Shown: one piece after another, positions 1 through 13,215 of the stretch
Position numbering within the stretch: the stretch's first letter is position 1
How the letters are laid out: each line of letters starts with the position of its first letter
Source of the DNA: Nitrosopumilaceae archaeon
GTDB taxonomy: Archaea > Thermoproteota > Nitrososphaeria > Nitrososphaerales > Nitrosopumilaceae
DNA: 64,000 nucleotides
Assembly (NCBI GenBank): GCA_965207375.1
Contig: CBDBMG010000001.1
Span: 256,001-320,000, forward strand
Reading direction: 5' to 3'
Made by a program: the position numbers and the translations under genes
The notes under the pieces: model-generated
Told to the model about the DNA's origin: nothing
Database searches by the model: none
What the model saw: only the letters and a program-made list of their open reading frames with translations

Positions 1-409
1 ACCAGAACCTTCAATATAATATATTTTTTGTGTGCATGCTGCAGCAAAGAATTAACTATAAGACATTTTTCTCTCTATAATGTCTTGAGTCTGCTTCACC
101 AGCTTGGCTGCAATTAGGCTTGCGCTGATTATGCCGGCATAATTTTGGGCGTAATGGGCATTTAAAAACATTGAGCATAATGCTGGCATAATAGGCAAAA
201 TTTCTAGCACGCGCCGCCATGCAACATACTCAAATCATTTATAACATCCACAAAGTTATTATTACACACATACTGTACTTTCAGGAGACTGCTAGGCTCA
301 ATTTAGCAATTTTTACAACCACTTTTAGATGCTAGATCAGGCGCCACTAAAAATAATTAAAATTATTATGTAAAAAGCTCTATTGTGGAAGAAATTTTAC
401 ACTCTTATG

Positions 410-2420
410 GATTATTCACCACCTACAAAATATCACTAAACTAAGCCATGATTTAAGTTGTTAACGCATCCGCCTGATAAACCTGCTGTTCAACTTTGTT
501 TTATTGCAAAATTTTGTGCTACAGCAGTGTGTTTTGGGATCTTCACGTGACAATGATATCCTTGATTGACTTACTGTCTGTTGTTCAATCTGTGTTATTT
601 ATGGAGATACGTAGGCTTCCACAGTGCTGTAATTTGTATTAAGCTTCTCCCACCCTGTACATTCCAAAATTTATCACTTACTTTTTAACAATAATTTTGA
701 TACAATCTGATTTAGCTGCTATTCCACGAAGTGTAATGATATTGACTCTTGCAATTGGTGGATAGAATGGAGGAATCTCTTCCTAACTGCTGCAACTAAT
801 CCTTTGGAGTGAAGCTTTAAATAGCTGCCAGGAGCGAGGCTGCAGGAGATTTTCAGTCAGCCTAAAATCTCAAGGTCACAATGATGTACACATGTCACAT
901 GATAGAGAATCTCTTATTGTAATCAAACACCACCTTCATGATGGGAACAATATCAGTCAGAAATTGTATCAACTGGAAATGTTTCAGTTATTGCAGTAAC
1001 ATCAAGTATGATCAATGCTTTAATGTCGACAAACATTAACTACACTTTAAATACACACTCTGTGGACTAGAATTGAAGGGATAGTGCTCATATCATCAAC
1101 GGTTGATACTGTAGAACCATCCAGAATACTTTAATAGAGGGTCATTTGTTGCCGGATGGCTTGGATGCTGCTCTATGGAGCTTATATAGCCTGATCAAAC
1201 AAACAAGCTAACACTACAGAAAACTGGATATCACCTGCTGCCTGGCGATTAATGGATCGCCAGGCTAGTTCCTTTTGTGCAACCCCTTAAATCGATAATA
1301 ATTCCCCGCTAGCAAGTATAATATCACCTCGGATATGACGATCTATTGCCGTTTTGGTATGAGATGCTCGCGTAATCTTCTTTGCGCGAGGTCACGTGAC
1401 CGGGACTCGCGTGATATTTGCAAGGTGAAATCTTGGTCGGGTCGATCTTGGTGGTGGCATGTTTATTTCAGTTTAATGTACGAGAATGAAATTATTTGTA
1501 CAATTTGTGCTTTTGATGTTACTGTCATGTAATGACCCATGCTGCAGCGAGAGAACCTTCATTACAGGATGCGGTAAGTTCTGCGTTCATGTATCATTCA
1601 TATAAATAATTGTACGCATGTAGCTATAAAGCCAGGCAAACTTGATTACTTGTTTCTCTTTACGCGTAAATTTCATTTGTTTATAAATTATCGTTTTACG
1701 TACTTGAATTTTCAAATGTCTGTCTTTTCACCTCTCACCCCCAGCATCAAAATCACAGTTGCAAAAATTAATTTTGATGCATGAGAAAGCACTGGCATGT
1801 ATCAAGTTTGGACTAACTCATAACTGATGATACCTTTCTTGGCATTTTATGCACTGGTCTTCAACTGTTAAATAAGTTTCAGTCCAGCAGCTCTTTCTGC
1901 ATGGTGATATAGCTAGCAAAATATGTACATGTGGTTGTGTAATGGTAAGCCGGGTGAGGTGATATACAAAAATGGGTTGGCAAAATTAATTTTGGTGATC
2001 TAGTACAACTAGCTATCAGGTACTATTTGCACATTTTAAGAGCTGCCTTTTCTAACAGCTATCAGAATTCATTACTGACACCTCTCACAATGAAGACTAT
2101 TGGATACCTTATCACCAAGGTAAACATTTTAGGGCATAAGCCCTGCAAAATTTAATTGTGACTTGCTATCAAGAGGGGCATCATTTCAGCTGAAAAGTCA
2201 GATATGTAACTTCAGTAGTCACACCAGATAGCTAGCTAGCTTTAAACAGTCAGAGTTAGAAGATTATAGAAATTTTTCTAATTCTGGTGCATCGGTAATC
2301 CAAATTTTTCAAAATGTACAAAATTTCTTCAAGTAGGCTAGCTAGCTAACTATACACTTTACAAGGGCACAATGTTTAATAGTTATTTCACAAAGGGAAT
2401 TTCTTGCCAAGTTTGCAGAA
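410..2420 (+). repeat. Segmental/tandem duplication: promoter, exon 1 and intron start, homologous to ~39830-42520
   Basis: Long collinear blocks, e.g. gattattcaccacctacaaaa..cactaaactaagccatgatttaag at 410 and 39830. Further homology at 13050-14735 vs 46190-48807. Confidence 0.92.
1486..1573 (+). CDS. Gene copy 1, exon 1: signal peptide (MKLFVQFVLLMLLSCNDPCCSERTFITGC)
   Basis: ATG at 1486, hydrophobic N-terminus, phase-1 donor G|GTAAGT at 1574. The G joins AT at 13216 to give Asp in frame. Near-identical exon at 41528-41615. Confidence 0.85.
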
Positions 2421-3429
2421 ACTTTGTTTAAAGATGTACGGTAAATTTATCTGACCAAATTAGATTTTGATTGGCCAAATAAATGGCCAATAGCCAACTA
2501 CATTATATACTCATAGCTAGTATATGCAAATCCAAACCTATCCTTGCTGCCCATTTTATTTGGCTGATAATCAATAATTGAATACTGGTAATGATCACTT
2601 AACCTTTAGTAAGGAATGAAGCCAGCTAGCAGTCACTTGAGGGAAGTTTTAAGGGAAACCTTATAAGCTCATTAGAGCTGCATTAGCCAATGATTTGTGG
2701 CAGCAATGATTTCATATAACACTAAATATTATGTGGCTTCATAAAGGTCATAGCCCCTTATAAGGTACCACAAGTGGCAATCCCCATAAGCATTCTAAAT
2801 ATGTTTTATTCCTTATACAGTAAAACACATATCAATAATGATATTCATAGCTGAGATAGCTCATAAATTTGCTGTACAAATTACACCACCATAGTTTTGT
2901 GACTGCATTCTGTAAAATCTAAATTTATGATTTCCACAAGTCTTAGGTTTATGTAAGTGAGTTGTAGATCATCATTTATATAAAATTCATAGCTAGAATA
3001 GGGTGAGTCAAATACATGACTACTACCAACAGTATCGTATGCATAGGCGGCAGAAGTAGGGGAGCCATGGCCCCTCTTAAATTTTATACTCCATAGGAAT
3101 TCAATTTTTGCAATGCATGAGTTTAGCTAAGTGGCCCCCCTAACTTTCAGTAGCTTCCTCTACCACTAATCATACATATATATGGACTAATATAAAATTC
3201 CTTACTGAAAAATACCCTTAACACACCACTAATCCTTAGCTACTTGGTGTAGTACCAGTATATTGCCTCACGTGATCAAGTTCATTAGTATCGCGGATGC
3301 ATGCAATCATACATATATATTTCCTATACCCCCCTACCAAGCTTTTTGAGAGGGGACTTACAAAAAGCTGAGACTATCATAAATTACAACTGATTACAAT
3401 AAATTATTCTGCTCCACTGTCTCCTGGTC

Positions 3430-5500
3430 ATTGGCACACTGCCTGTCATGCCGTAAATAGGGAACTGACTCTGGTACTCTACACCGTATAAATCATCGAT
3501 TCCTGATCAGTATACAGATCCTCTCTGTCTTGATATGATACTGCCACTGAGGGCCTATGGCAGTTACCACTCCATAGGTGTCCTATAGTCTAGTCCTATG
3601 GTCCTGGACTGCCACATTTGTTCCCACTTGTATCTCCGGGAGGGCATGTGCCCTGTGTTGTAATATCTTTGGCTTACCTTTAGGGTTGCTTCTGCCTGTT
3701 GCTTTGCTGCCTAGTTACTATGTTGCCACTCCAGTGCAAAAGAACTGTGGTGAGCAGGGAGTACATCTTGGATAGGGTGGCCGTATAGCTTTTGTGCTAG
3801 CGACAAGCCATCCTTCCTTGATGGTGTGTTCCGAAACTGCAGAAGGGCCCTACATAACTTCTCCTCATTTATACATCTGCCATTCCATGCTGCCCTAATT
3901 ATTGTCTTTATTGACTTAACTGCTGCCTCTGCCCTGCCATTGCTCTATGGATAGTGTGGTGTTGAGGTCTGATGGTGAAAGCCCCACTGACAAGCAAATG
4001 ATTGGAATTCTCTTGAGGTGAATTCTGATCCTCGATCCCACCAGAATATGTCAGGTATAGCTGTTCTGCTGAACAACTCTCTGAGTCCTGCATTCAAATG
4101 GCTTGTAGTGATGTTCCTTCCCATTGGAATGATTGTTGGCCAATCTGAATAACAGTCCACAACTATCAGATAAAATCTCCCTGCATGGTAACAAAAATCT
4201 CCTGCCACTGGTTGTTCTCATCACTCTCGGCTAATAATTCTTCTGAGCTTGGCATACTCACTGCATTACAGGACAGTGCATCTGGGGCATGGTTTGTGCT
4301 GCCCTTTTGCCAATTAACTTTGAAGTTGAATGCCATTATCTTTGCACGCAAACGCTGCAACCTTGGATTTTCAATCTTATCTAGTCTGTGGTGATTAATG
4401 ATCGTAATAAGTGGATTGTGGTCTATTATCACGTCAAACTGTTGCATGCCCATGAGGAATACTGTGCATTTCCATATAGCCCATGTGATTACAAGTAATT
4501 CCAGGTCATTAACTGCGTATCTAGATTCTGCATCTGTTAGACAGTGGGAGCCTGCTTGAACTAAGCGCCATTGTCCTTCTGCCGTTTGCTGTTGCATGAC
4601 AAATCCCAGGCCCTGCCTGCTGGCATCAGTACACACTCTTGTGGGCTTTGCTACATCGAAAAAGGCTAATACTGGTGCTGTCGTCAAGCTCTCCTTTGCT
4701 TTTTCCAGTACTTGCATGATCATGTTCCATTGTCCACGTAAACTCGTTCTTTGTACTGAGAAGAGGCCTTAATGGTGCTATTAATTCAGCAATTGCATTT
4801 GTGCCTGATGTCAATTGGTTGGCTAATCCAACAAATGAACATAGCTTGGTACGTGTTGTGGGTGTGGGGAATTGTTTTATAGCTGCTGTAATGGAGGAGT
4901 CTATCTGGTATCCTTCTGGTGTTAAGTGGAATCCTGCAAACTTGACTTGACTCTGACAAAACTGCCATTTATCTCTGTTAAGAAATATCTTCTTGCCTTT
5001 ACACCGCTGGAGGAACTGCTTGACATGTATAACATGCTGCTGAGGATCTTTATCATAAATGACAATGTCATCAACTATTCTGCGGTACCCGTTAGCCCTT
5101 CCAAGGCCTCCGCCATCCTCCGTTTTTAATGCTCTGCAATAGATGAGAGTCCGTATGGTGCACATAAGTATTTAAATCATCCAAACGGTGTGATAAATGT
5201 CGTAAGCTCTTGGCTATCCTTGGCTAGGGGACACTGATGGTATCCTTTTGTAGCATCAATGACTGTGAAGTACTTGGCTTCATTAGCTGTTATGTCAGCT
5301 ACTGCCTCTGCAGGTGCTGGTGACTGATACCGCTCTCTTAAGACAAAGCGATTAAGCTTGGACAAATCTACACACATTCTAATGCGGTCAGTTCCTTTTT
5401 TGGACGTTACTACAATTGGTGGACACCAACGTGTGGCCTCTGTTACAGGTGCTATAATGCCTTGTTGCTGCAGCAACTCTAACTCTGTCTTTATTAAAGC
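3430..5500 (-). mobile_element. Degenerate Ty3/Gypsy LTR retrotransposon pol (RT-RNase H-integrase), frameshifted
   Basis: RMCVDLSKLN, FTVIDATKGYHQCPL, IVDDIVIYD (RT); TDASRQGLG, ELLVITWA, DHNPL (RNase H); IVVDCYSDWP, DRGSEFTS, TSTPHYP (integrase). Split over several ORFs; no LTRs recognised. Confidence 0.9.
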
Positions 5501-5709
5501 TTCATTTTCATGTGAATAGTTATTTGTAACTGGGCAAATACACACATACACAAAATAATTTCAAGAAACCAGGTTCGTGTTGGCCAAAGGCGGTGCATGC
5601 CTGAATTTAAAATTACACAGTTTATTGACTAAGTAATGAATTCCATACACTGTCTTATGATGTTACTCTTGATAACTACATATTAGGGATGAGGGAATTA
5701 TGCAGGAAT

Positions 5710-6294
5710 GGACATGACTAAAGCACGGAACGGACTGGAAAACGGACTCGCAAACGGACTGAGTAAATTTCTTTGAAAAGCATCCTTGTATCACTGCAGC
5801 ATTGTTTTAATAGCACACAAATCATAGCAGCACTAACAACGGCCGTATTCATCGCTTGCAGCCACGATTTCGAAGGTTGAAACACCACGATACTATGCCC
5901 TGCGCTTAAAACTAGTATTCATGGTTGTTCAAATAAAATAGCGTTAATAAAACAGATACCTCACTAGACTGATTTGCCTGGTTTAGCGATTACTGGTTGC
6001 GTTATTTGTAACATCAATCACTCTGGCGAGATCTATAAATGGACTGAAGTAACCCAGTCGAGGCGCGTATATTATCTATGAAAACAAAGGCTAGTTTTAA
6101 GCGCAGAGCATAGTATCGTGGTGTTTCAACCTTTGAAATCGTGGCTGCAGGCGATGAATACGGCCGTTGTTAGTGCTGCTATGATTTGTGTGCTACCAAC
6201 AATGCTGCAGTGATACAAGGATGCTTTTCAAAGAAATTTACTCAGTCCGTTTGCGAGTCCGTTTTCCAGTCCGTTCCGTGCTTTAGTCATGTCC
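5710..6294. mobile_element. MITE with ~205-bp TIRs, Mutator-like
   Basis: GGACATGACTAAAGCACGGAACGG...CCGTTCCGTGCTTTAGTCATGTCC, flanked by direct repeat ATGCAGGAAT (5700-5709, 6295-6304). Confidence 0.88.
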
Positions 6295-7562
6295 ATGCAG
6301 GAATAATTTTGGGAATTTTGATAGCAGATGATATTCTGGCTGGGAATAATGGGGAACAATTGAGCAAATAATGAAAATATTTCATATACTATGCAGAAAA
6401 AGTAACAAGATAGTTAGCTATATACACTGTATTTAGCTACTTACAATGTGTTTGTTAACATTGTTATACACAATTAAATACAACCAACAATATGGGCAGC
6501 CCTTGCCTGCCATGGTACATGCCGAATGGCAGGGTCTCCCGACACGAGTGAACCATGCAGTATGGCAGTGCAAATTGTGGTGGTGATCTCACAAGGCGGC
6601 ATTGGAAGGTGAGTCGATGCGGGCCTGCGTTGACAGCTTACAGACCTGCTGGACGGTACTCCGGCCTGACCGAGGAAGACCAAATTACAATTTATTGACT
6701 ATGTGTTGTTTCTGTATGACTGCATGTGAGCATACAGCTAGCTATAAGTGAATGTAAGACTTAATGTTAATTGGTATTATATGTAATTGAAGGAACAGTA
6801 AAAAAGAATAAAATTGAGCATAATGAAGGGATTTTGAGAGAAATTTGGAATAGAATAATGAAGGAAATTTGGAGCACAAACCTACTACATATATCAATTC
6901 CTTGTTTATTAAATACACAAGTACATTTATAAAACACTCTAATAGAGCATACAGAAACATTATGCCTATTTCTAGTTGTGCATGACTTCCAGTAAACATG
7001 AGCACAGAGTCAGATTGTACTTCCTCCTAATACATAAAAAATGATTGAACTTTTAACACTATGTAGGTCAGAGTGATATCTAAAGGAGAGTATATATGTC
7101 AATATTAGTAGTACTATCCTGCTATATAGGTGCAAAGATTATTTTATTTATTATGACTCAACTATCTGAAGTGAAGACATTGTTGAATCAATTATACAGA
7201 CATCTTTTATGATGAACAGCCATAATTTTACCACCAGCCAAATCTCCATTAAGTGAAGGTGCTTTCCAACACCATTTTAAAACACTTTGGGATTTATAAG
7301 AAACCTAAATAGCAGCTGGAGTGACCACAAACAAGATAGCAACAAATTGGCGCACCGTACTGAGGATGGGGAAAATGTCATAACGTACGTAATATTATTA
7401 TACGTTTCCAATCCATGTTACGTATAATATCTATGCTTTCACTATGGCAAAAAGAAGCTGTTGCCCTGAATTGTTGTCGGACGAAGACTCTTTACCTGGG
7501 ACCATGTTTCCCACAAGGATAACCGAGGGGTCCGATACTAAAGATTTTTGTCAACGTGATTC

Positions 7563-8230
7563 TCAGCCATTCTTCTATGATTGTGACCTCAGGATTTTCA
7601 CCACTGAAGGGATCTATGGGCAGCGCCTTCCCCCGCCGTCCGTTTGTCTGCATCTGGAATGGGTAACCGAAGTCTTGCGGTGCAGTCTTGCGGTGCAGTC
7701 ACAACAGGTTGTTGTTGGTTGCATTTATCCCCATGGTCGTGGCCATAATAATTCATCGACGAACATTGTGGTAATTTCTTTCTCGATGAAGATGCCGCTT
7801 GCACAACTCCTTGATCAATTAGGGTACTCAATTTCTCCGTTGACATACTGCTGCTTCGGGATGCTCGACCTTTCCTGCAGAGCATGTCCTCAATAATAAC
7901 ACTCTTATTATTAATAGGTGCCTGTTGTGGGGCATATTTGGTCCGCGATATAACTGCAGCTGTTCACTTACCAATTTTGTATTGGAAAGTTGCTTCATTA
8001 CTTTCTCCAGCAAGAGGGACTGTTCATTTAGTACCCTCTCTAGTCTCTCGTTATCACGACGCACATCGCACAGTACACTGCGTAATTCTAGCGTGTCACC
8101 ATCTCCATTATTTACTGGAGATAACGTGTGGTTTGGGCATACAGTATTGATGTGAAACGCTTACTGAAAGTGGATGACGATAAATTACTCCAGTGTCCCA
8201 TATAACTCCGGATTCATCAACTAAAAATAT
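7563..8230 (-). pseudogene. 5' part of a Gypsy gag (coiled-coil plus RRGKAxPIDPFSGE motif), inverted relative to the rest of its element
   Basis: Minus strand 7641-7563 reads GRRGKALPIDPFSGENPEVTIIEEWL. As recalled, this motif precedes IQLAGHLxGRALQEW in this gag family, which here lies on the + strand at ~8633. Confidence 0.65.
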
Positions 8231-8624
8231 ACGGCTTGTGTCACCACCTCAACCACAACTTCCACGTTCTCGGGCTGGTACCCAAATTCCAGTAATCGTC
8301 CTTCAACAAGTTGCCGAGGCTGAAGCTCCTGTCGGCAATTCCAATAACTTCGCCAGCATTTGTAACTGACTCACAACTATCCTCTTTGAATTCAATGGAT
8401 AAGTTATCCTCGGGGATCCGACACAATTCTGAATCATGTCGATGGTTTGTAGAGATTCTGGAATCAGGAATCTCAACTTTTGTAAATATTCTTGTAATAT
8501 ATTGTATTTCTCTGTATACTATTAATCACGTGACATACATTCCCTAATTTGGTAAACAGAAATCATTTTCATGGAATCACATCAGGAATCTTGGAATCAA
8601 GTTGAAATTCCAAAAGATTCCTGC

Positions 8625-11600
8625 CATCGCTTCATTCAGTTGGCAGGGCATCTCCACGGAAGAGCTCTTCAGGAATGGAACCTCCTGGATGATATTGACA
8701 AAGAAAATTGGCAATGCGGTATTAAAGTTCTTCAAAATAGACTTGGACATGGCAACTTAACTATTGCTGCACAAAAGTTTCAACACTTACACCAAGACAA
8801 GAAGGAAGCAGTGAGTAAATTTATAAGCAGGCTGGAACGAATTTTTTGGATCGCACATGGTAAAGCCAGAATGCCTATAGAAAGTAAAGAAGCTTTACTT
8901 TATGGCCAATTACAAGAGGGTCTCCTCTACAAGTTGATCGAGAGCCCTGCTGTATCTGGAGCTGCAGACTATAAGAACCTTTGTGTAGCTGCCAGAAACA
9001 AGGAAAAGCATTTAATTGGTAGAGTTGAACAGAAGGAGCCGACGTCATGGTTTTGAAGTTGATGCCACTTATAGCCACAGGAAACAAAGTAACCAGAGTG
9101 GAGCACCCCAGACACCTAGAAGAAATGCACTATTCTCCTAGAGGCCCATTAACATGTTACAACTGTGGTGGTAAAAACCATTTGGCAAGGAATTGCAGAG
9201 TAGCCAAATCAGAGAGTACTGGTCAAAGTGGTGCCAACATGAGGAATTCTTCAGTAAAACAAGAAAGCAGAGGATGGCAAAACAGTAACATTACAAGGAA
9301 TTCTCCCAATGCCAGACAAGTGGATGCGCAGCAGACTAAGGAAACGAAACCTATTGGTCAGAATGAAATATCTGATCTGTTAGCATCTGAATCAGATGAT
9401 GGGGATGTACTTGCAGTTCAGGCAGGAAGTAGCTTACGTTGTGCTAAAGTGGAAATACAAGGAGTGCCAGTATATGGAATAGTAGATACTGGGGCTGATA
9501 TCACAATCATTGGTGGTAAGGTGTTCAAGTTGAATGCTACAAAAGCCAAACCCAGGCTAAAGAAGAAGGATCTTCAACAACCAGGTAAAGTTCCACGGAA
9601 CTACGATGGCAACACTTTTACTTTGGATGGTAAGATGGACCTGAAAGTGGCCTTTCAAGAGAAATATATATATAATTGAGCTCATTACATTAAGATGGAT
9701 GCTAAAGATCAATTATTGTTATCAGAAACTGTGTGCCAACAGCTTGGAATCGTCAGTTATCATCCCAGAGTAGAAATGTGGAATGGAGGTCATCAGGACA
9801 AAACTGAGTTTCAATTGACGGCTACAGTCCCACTTGTGGAAGTAAAGTTGATTCAAGCTACTTGATTTTTACCTCATCAGACAACAGCAGTACAAGTGTA
9901 CATGGGGGATCACTTCAATCAGGAACAATCAATCTTGTTGGAAGCTAAGGATACACTGGAAGGTGACACTGGTTTACAAATGGACACATCACTCATTAAA
10001 CCAGATGATGATGGTAATGCTTGTTTTAATCACTAATACCAAAGGTTATACTTTGAAGTTGGATACTGATACTGAATTAGGCCATGTCTCCAATGTTGTT
10101 CAAGCCCATGACCTTGGATGCAACCAAACAGAAACTGGTAAGCGGAGTCCAGCGGCAGTCAAAGTGGTCAGTGCATGTAACACTACTGCTAAAGAGCGAG
10201 GAGAGAAACTGATGGATATGTTATGCAAGGAGGATATACCTAGATCAGGTATGAGGGATCAACAGGAGAAACATGAAGCATTTGCTGTTAGTGAAACTGA
10301 ACAAGGACAAACCGATCTAATTCAATTCGAAATTGATGCTGGGGATGCCACTCCTAAATGACAGCCAGTTCGTAGAGTGCCATTTGCAGTACGGCAGGAA
10401 GTGCAACATCAGATTAAGAAGATGGAAAGTATGGGTGTTGTGCAACTGTCTAGCAGCCCATGGGCAAGTCCAATTGTACTAGTGTGGAACACTTAGATTC
10501 TGTGTAGACTATCAAGGTTTAAATTCTGTGAAGAAGAAAGATACTTTCCCACTTCCAAGGATTGATAATTTGCTGGACCAGATAGGGGAATCACGCTACT
10601 TCTCAACATTGGATTTGGCATCTGGATATTGGCAGATTGCAATGGATCCGAACTCACAGGAAAAAACTGCTTTTATTACACATAGTGGTTTGTACGAGTT
10701 TCTAGTTATGCTATTTGGCTTATGTAATGCGCCATCAGCATTTCAGAGGTTGATGAACAGAGTATTGTGTGGACTGAACCCAGAGGAAGGACCAATGTTT
10801 GTAGCTGTTTACTTAGATGATGTCTTGATCTTCTCAAGGACTATGGAAGAACATCTAGTACATGTGCAGCTGGTATTGGACAGGATAATACAAGCTGGGG
10901 TCAAACTGAAGCCATAAAAATGTTATTTTGTCAAGGAAGAAATAAGGTATCTGGGACACACCATAACACCTGCTGGGTGAATGATGAATGATGATCAGCT
11001 TTTGGCTGTCAAGAAATACCCATCACCCAAGAATGTCAAGCAGCTTCAACAATTTCTTGGATTAGCTTCGTACTACCGCCGCTTTATGAAACAGTTTGCA
11101 AAAATAGCACATCCACTTCATGCTCTGACTTGCAAGAGGACAACATTTGTGTGGACAGAAGAGTGTCAAACTGCTTTTGATGACCTGAAGAGAAGGCTTG
11201 TGACTGCACCAGTATTGGCATTCCCCAAGTTTGATAAGAGCTTTATACTGGAAACAGATGCCAGTATCAAGGGCATAGGTGCAATAGATACATCCTGTTG
11301 CTTTTGCTAGCAGAGCTCTGTCACAACAGGAAAAGAACTACAGTATCACCGACTTAGAGACTCTGGCTGTGGTCTGGGCAGTAAGTCATTTTCATGCTTA
11401 TTTGTATGGACATGATGTTGAAGTGAGAACTGACCATAGTGCTGTTAAAGCTGTTTTGAGTACTCCCAGTCCTAATGGGAAACATGCTCAATGGTGGACA
11501 AAAGTTTACAGCAGCGGAGTGAGAACAATAACAATAACTCATTGTGCCAGAAAGGAAAACCTGAATGCGGATGCACTCTCTAGGAATCCTCATAGCTTGC

Positions 11601-11885
11601 CCCCTGTCAATGGAATAGGAGAGGGAGAAGTTCAAGTTGCTGTCATTACCAATGACTTGACGCCATCAGCATCCGCATCTGGTTCTGAGATGAACATAAT
11701 GGAGATGCTCAATTTAGAACCTTCAGACTCCACCTCAGTGATTTTGCACAGGAACAACAAAAGGATCAGAGTGTTTTAGAGATGCTTAACTTCCTGAAAG
11801 ATGGTAAACTACCCAGTGATCAACAACGAGCTAGGAAAGTTGCTCTACAAGGTAACATTTTTACTATCATAGATGACATCTTGCA
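8625..11885 (+). mobile_element. Degenerate Ty3/Gypsy element: gag C-terminus, CCHC knuckle, aspartic protease, RT, RNase H; truncated before integrase
   Basis: IQLAGHLHGRALQEW; CYNCGGKNHLARNC; IVDTGADITII; FPLPRID, LDLASGYWQ, YLDD; ETDASIKGIGA, TDHSAV, NADALSR. Multiple stops and frameshifts. Confidence 0.92.
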
Positions 11886-12796
11886 GTAAAAGCCACTTAG
11901 TTATCGTGTATGAATTGTTGTACTTTCAATAAGGTGCCCAGGAGCATTGTGGATGACATGTATTTGGTTACTGTGACAAATGTTGTTCAGTATATTATAT
12001 TGCACATAATAATATCAACCAAATGTTTAAGGCTTAGGTTTGACAAACTCACGTGTCACAGTTTCTTTAAACTTTTAGTGAGCATTCAGACATTAATGTA
12101 GTTTGTGTGTCTGAAATTTGCAAATGATTTAATTTTTCATTGAGTTATGACAAACTTTTGTCTTGCTGCATAGAAGTTTCTCTCCAGTACATTTATACAT
12201 TTACTTAACCCTGAGGATTGCTTGAGTTGTACAGTATACATAACAGAAATGTTGGTGCAAGTTTGATTGAAATCAATGAAGGAATGAGCGAGTTATTAGA
12301 CAAACAAGTTGATAAAGAAATGAAAATAAAAATTCCGGGGTTCATGCAAGCCCTCGTAAAGTGTGCGATGAAAATAAAAGAAAGAAAGAGAAAAAAACGA
12401 CTGCCACATAAATTTTTTTTTACTAAAGGAGGACTTTATAAGGCTGTATCAGAAGACTGGCTTATATCTAACATCATACTTACTGATATGCTAAACAAAA
12501 ACAGCCTGACTGTAAAAAAAGTGCAAGGCCATAAAGGTGGCCAAGTGACAAAGCCAATCATAGTTGTGAAAGTGCCCGGCTGTATATCATTCAAGTAAAA
12601 GGATTTTCTTGGCCTTACCTGATATCAAAGATTTTGGTCGCTTATAACTATAGCCAATGCTACTTCTGATTGGCCTCGCGCTTTTTTACAGTCAGGCTGC
12701 TTTTGTTTAGCATATATATTTATGTTAAAATCTAAAACTGACACACCCACTCTATGTAGTATGCTGCTATGGTACTATAATGTATTTTGTAGTATT

Positions 12797-13030
12797 ACTT
12801 GTCTATACAGTCTTGTCTATACTTGTCTATGCAGTCTTGCCTGTACTTGTCTATAGTCTTGTCTATACTTGTCTATAGTCTTGTCTATACTTGTCTATAC
12901 AATCTTGTCTATACCCAATCTTGTCTATACTTGTCTATGCAGTCTTATCTATACTTGTCTGTACAGTCTTGTCTATACTTGTGTTATCTTGAACTTGTCT
13001 ATACAGTTATATACAGTCTATACTTGTACT
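12797..13030. repeat. Degenerate minisatellite (CTTGTCTATA-based, 10-14-bp units)
   Basis: About 20 variants of cttgtctata(c/g). Confidence 0.9.
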
Positions 13031-13215
13031 TATAGTATTTGTGGTTTATGGGTACATAATTGCTTGAAGGGATTGTACAACTAGGAATTTGTTCAGGAAT
13101 TTATTTTAGTTTGTTTGTTGAAATAAGCATTAATTATCATGCTTGATACTTGCTAGCTATAGCTACATACATATTATCAACACATTCTAAATTATTGTTG
13201 TGTTGTATTCTGTAG

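Noticed and set aside
1335-1532. 65-aa ORF overlapping exon 1
   Set aside because: Different frame from the signal-peptide exon, and its 5' part is disrupted by indels in the paralogue.
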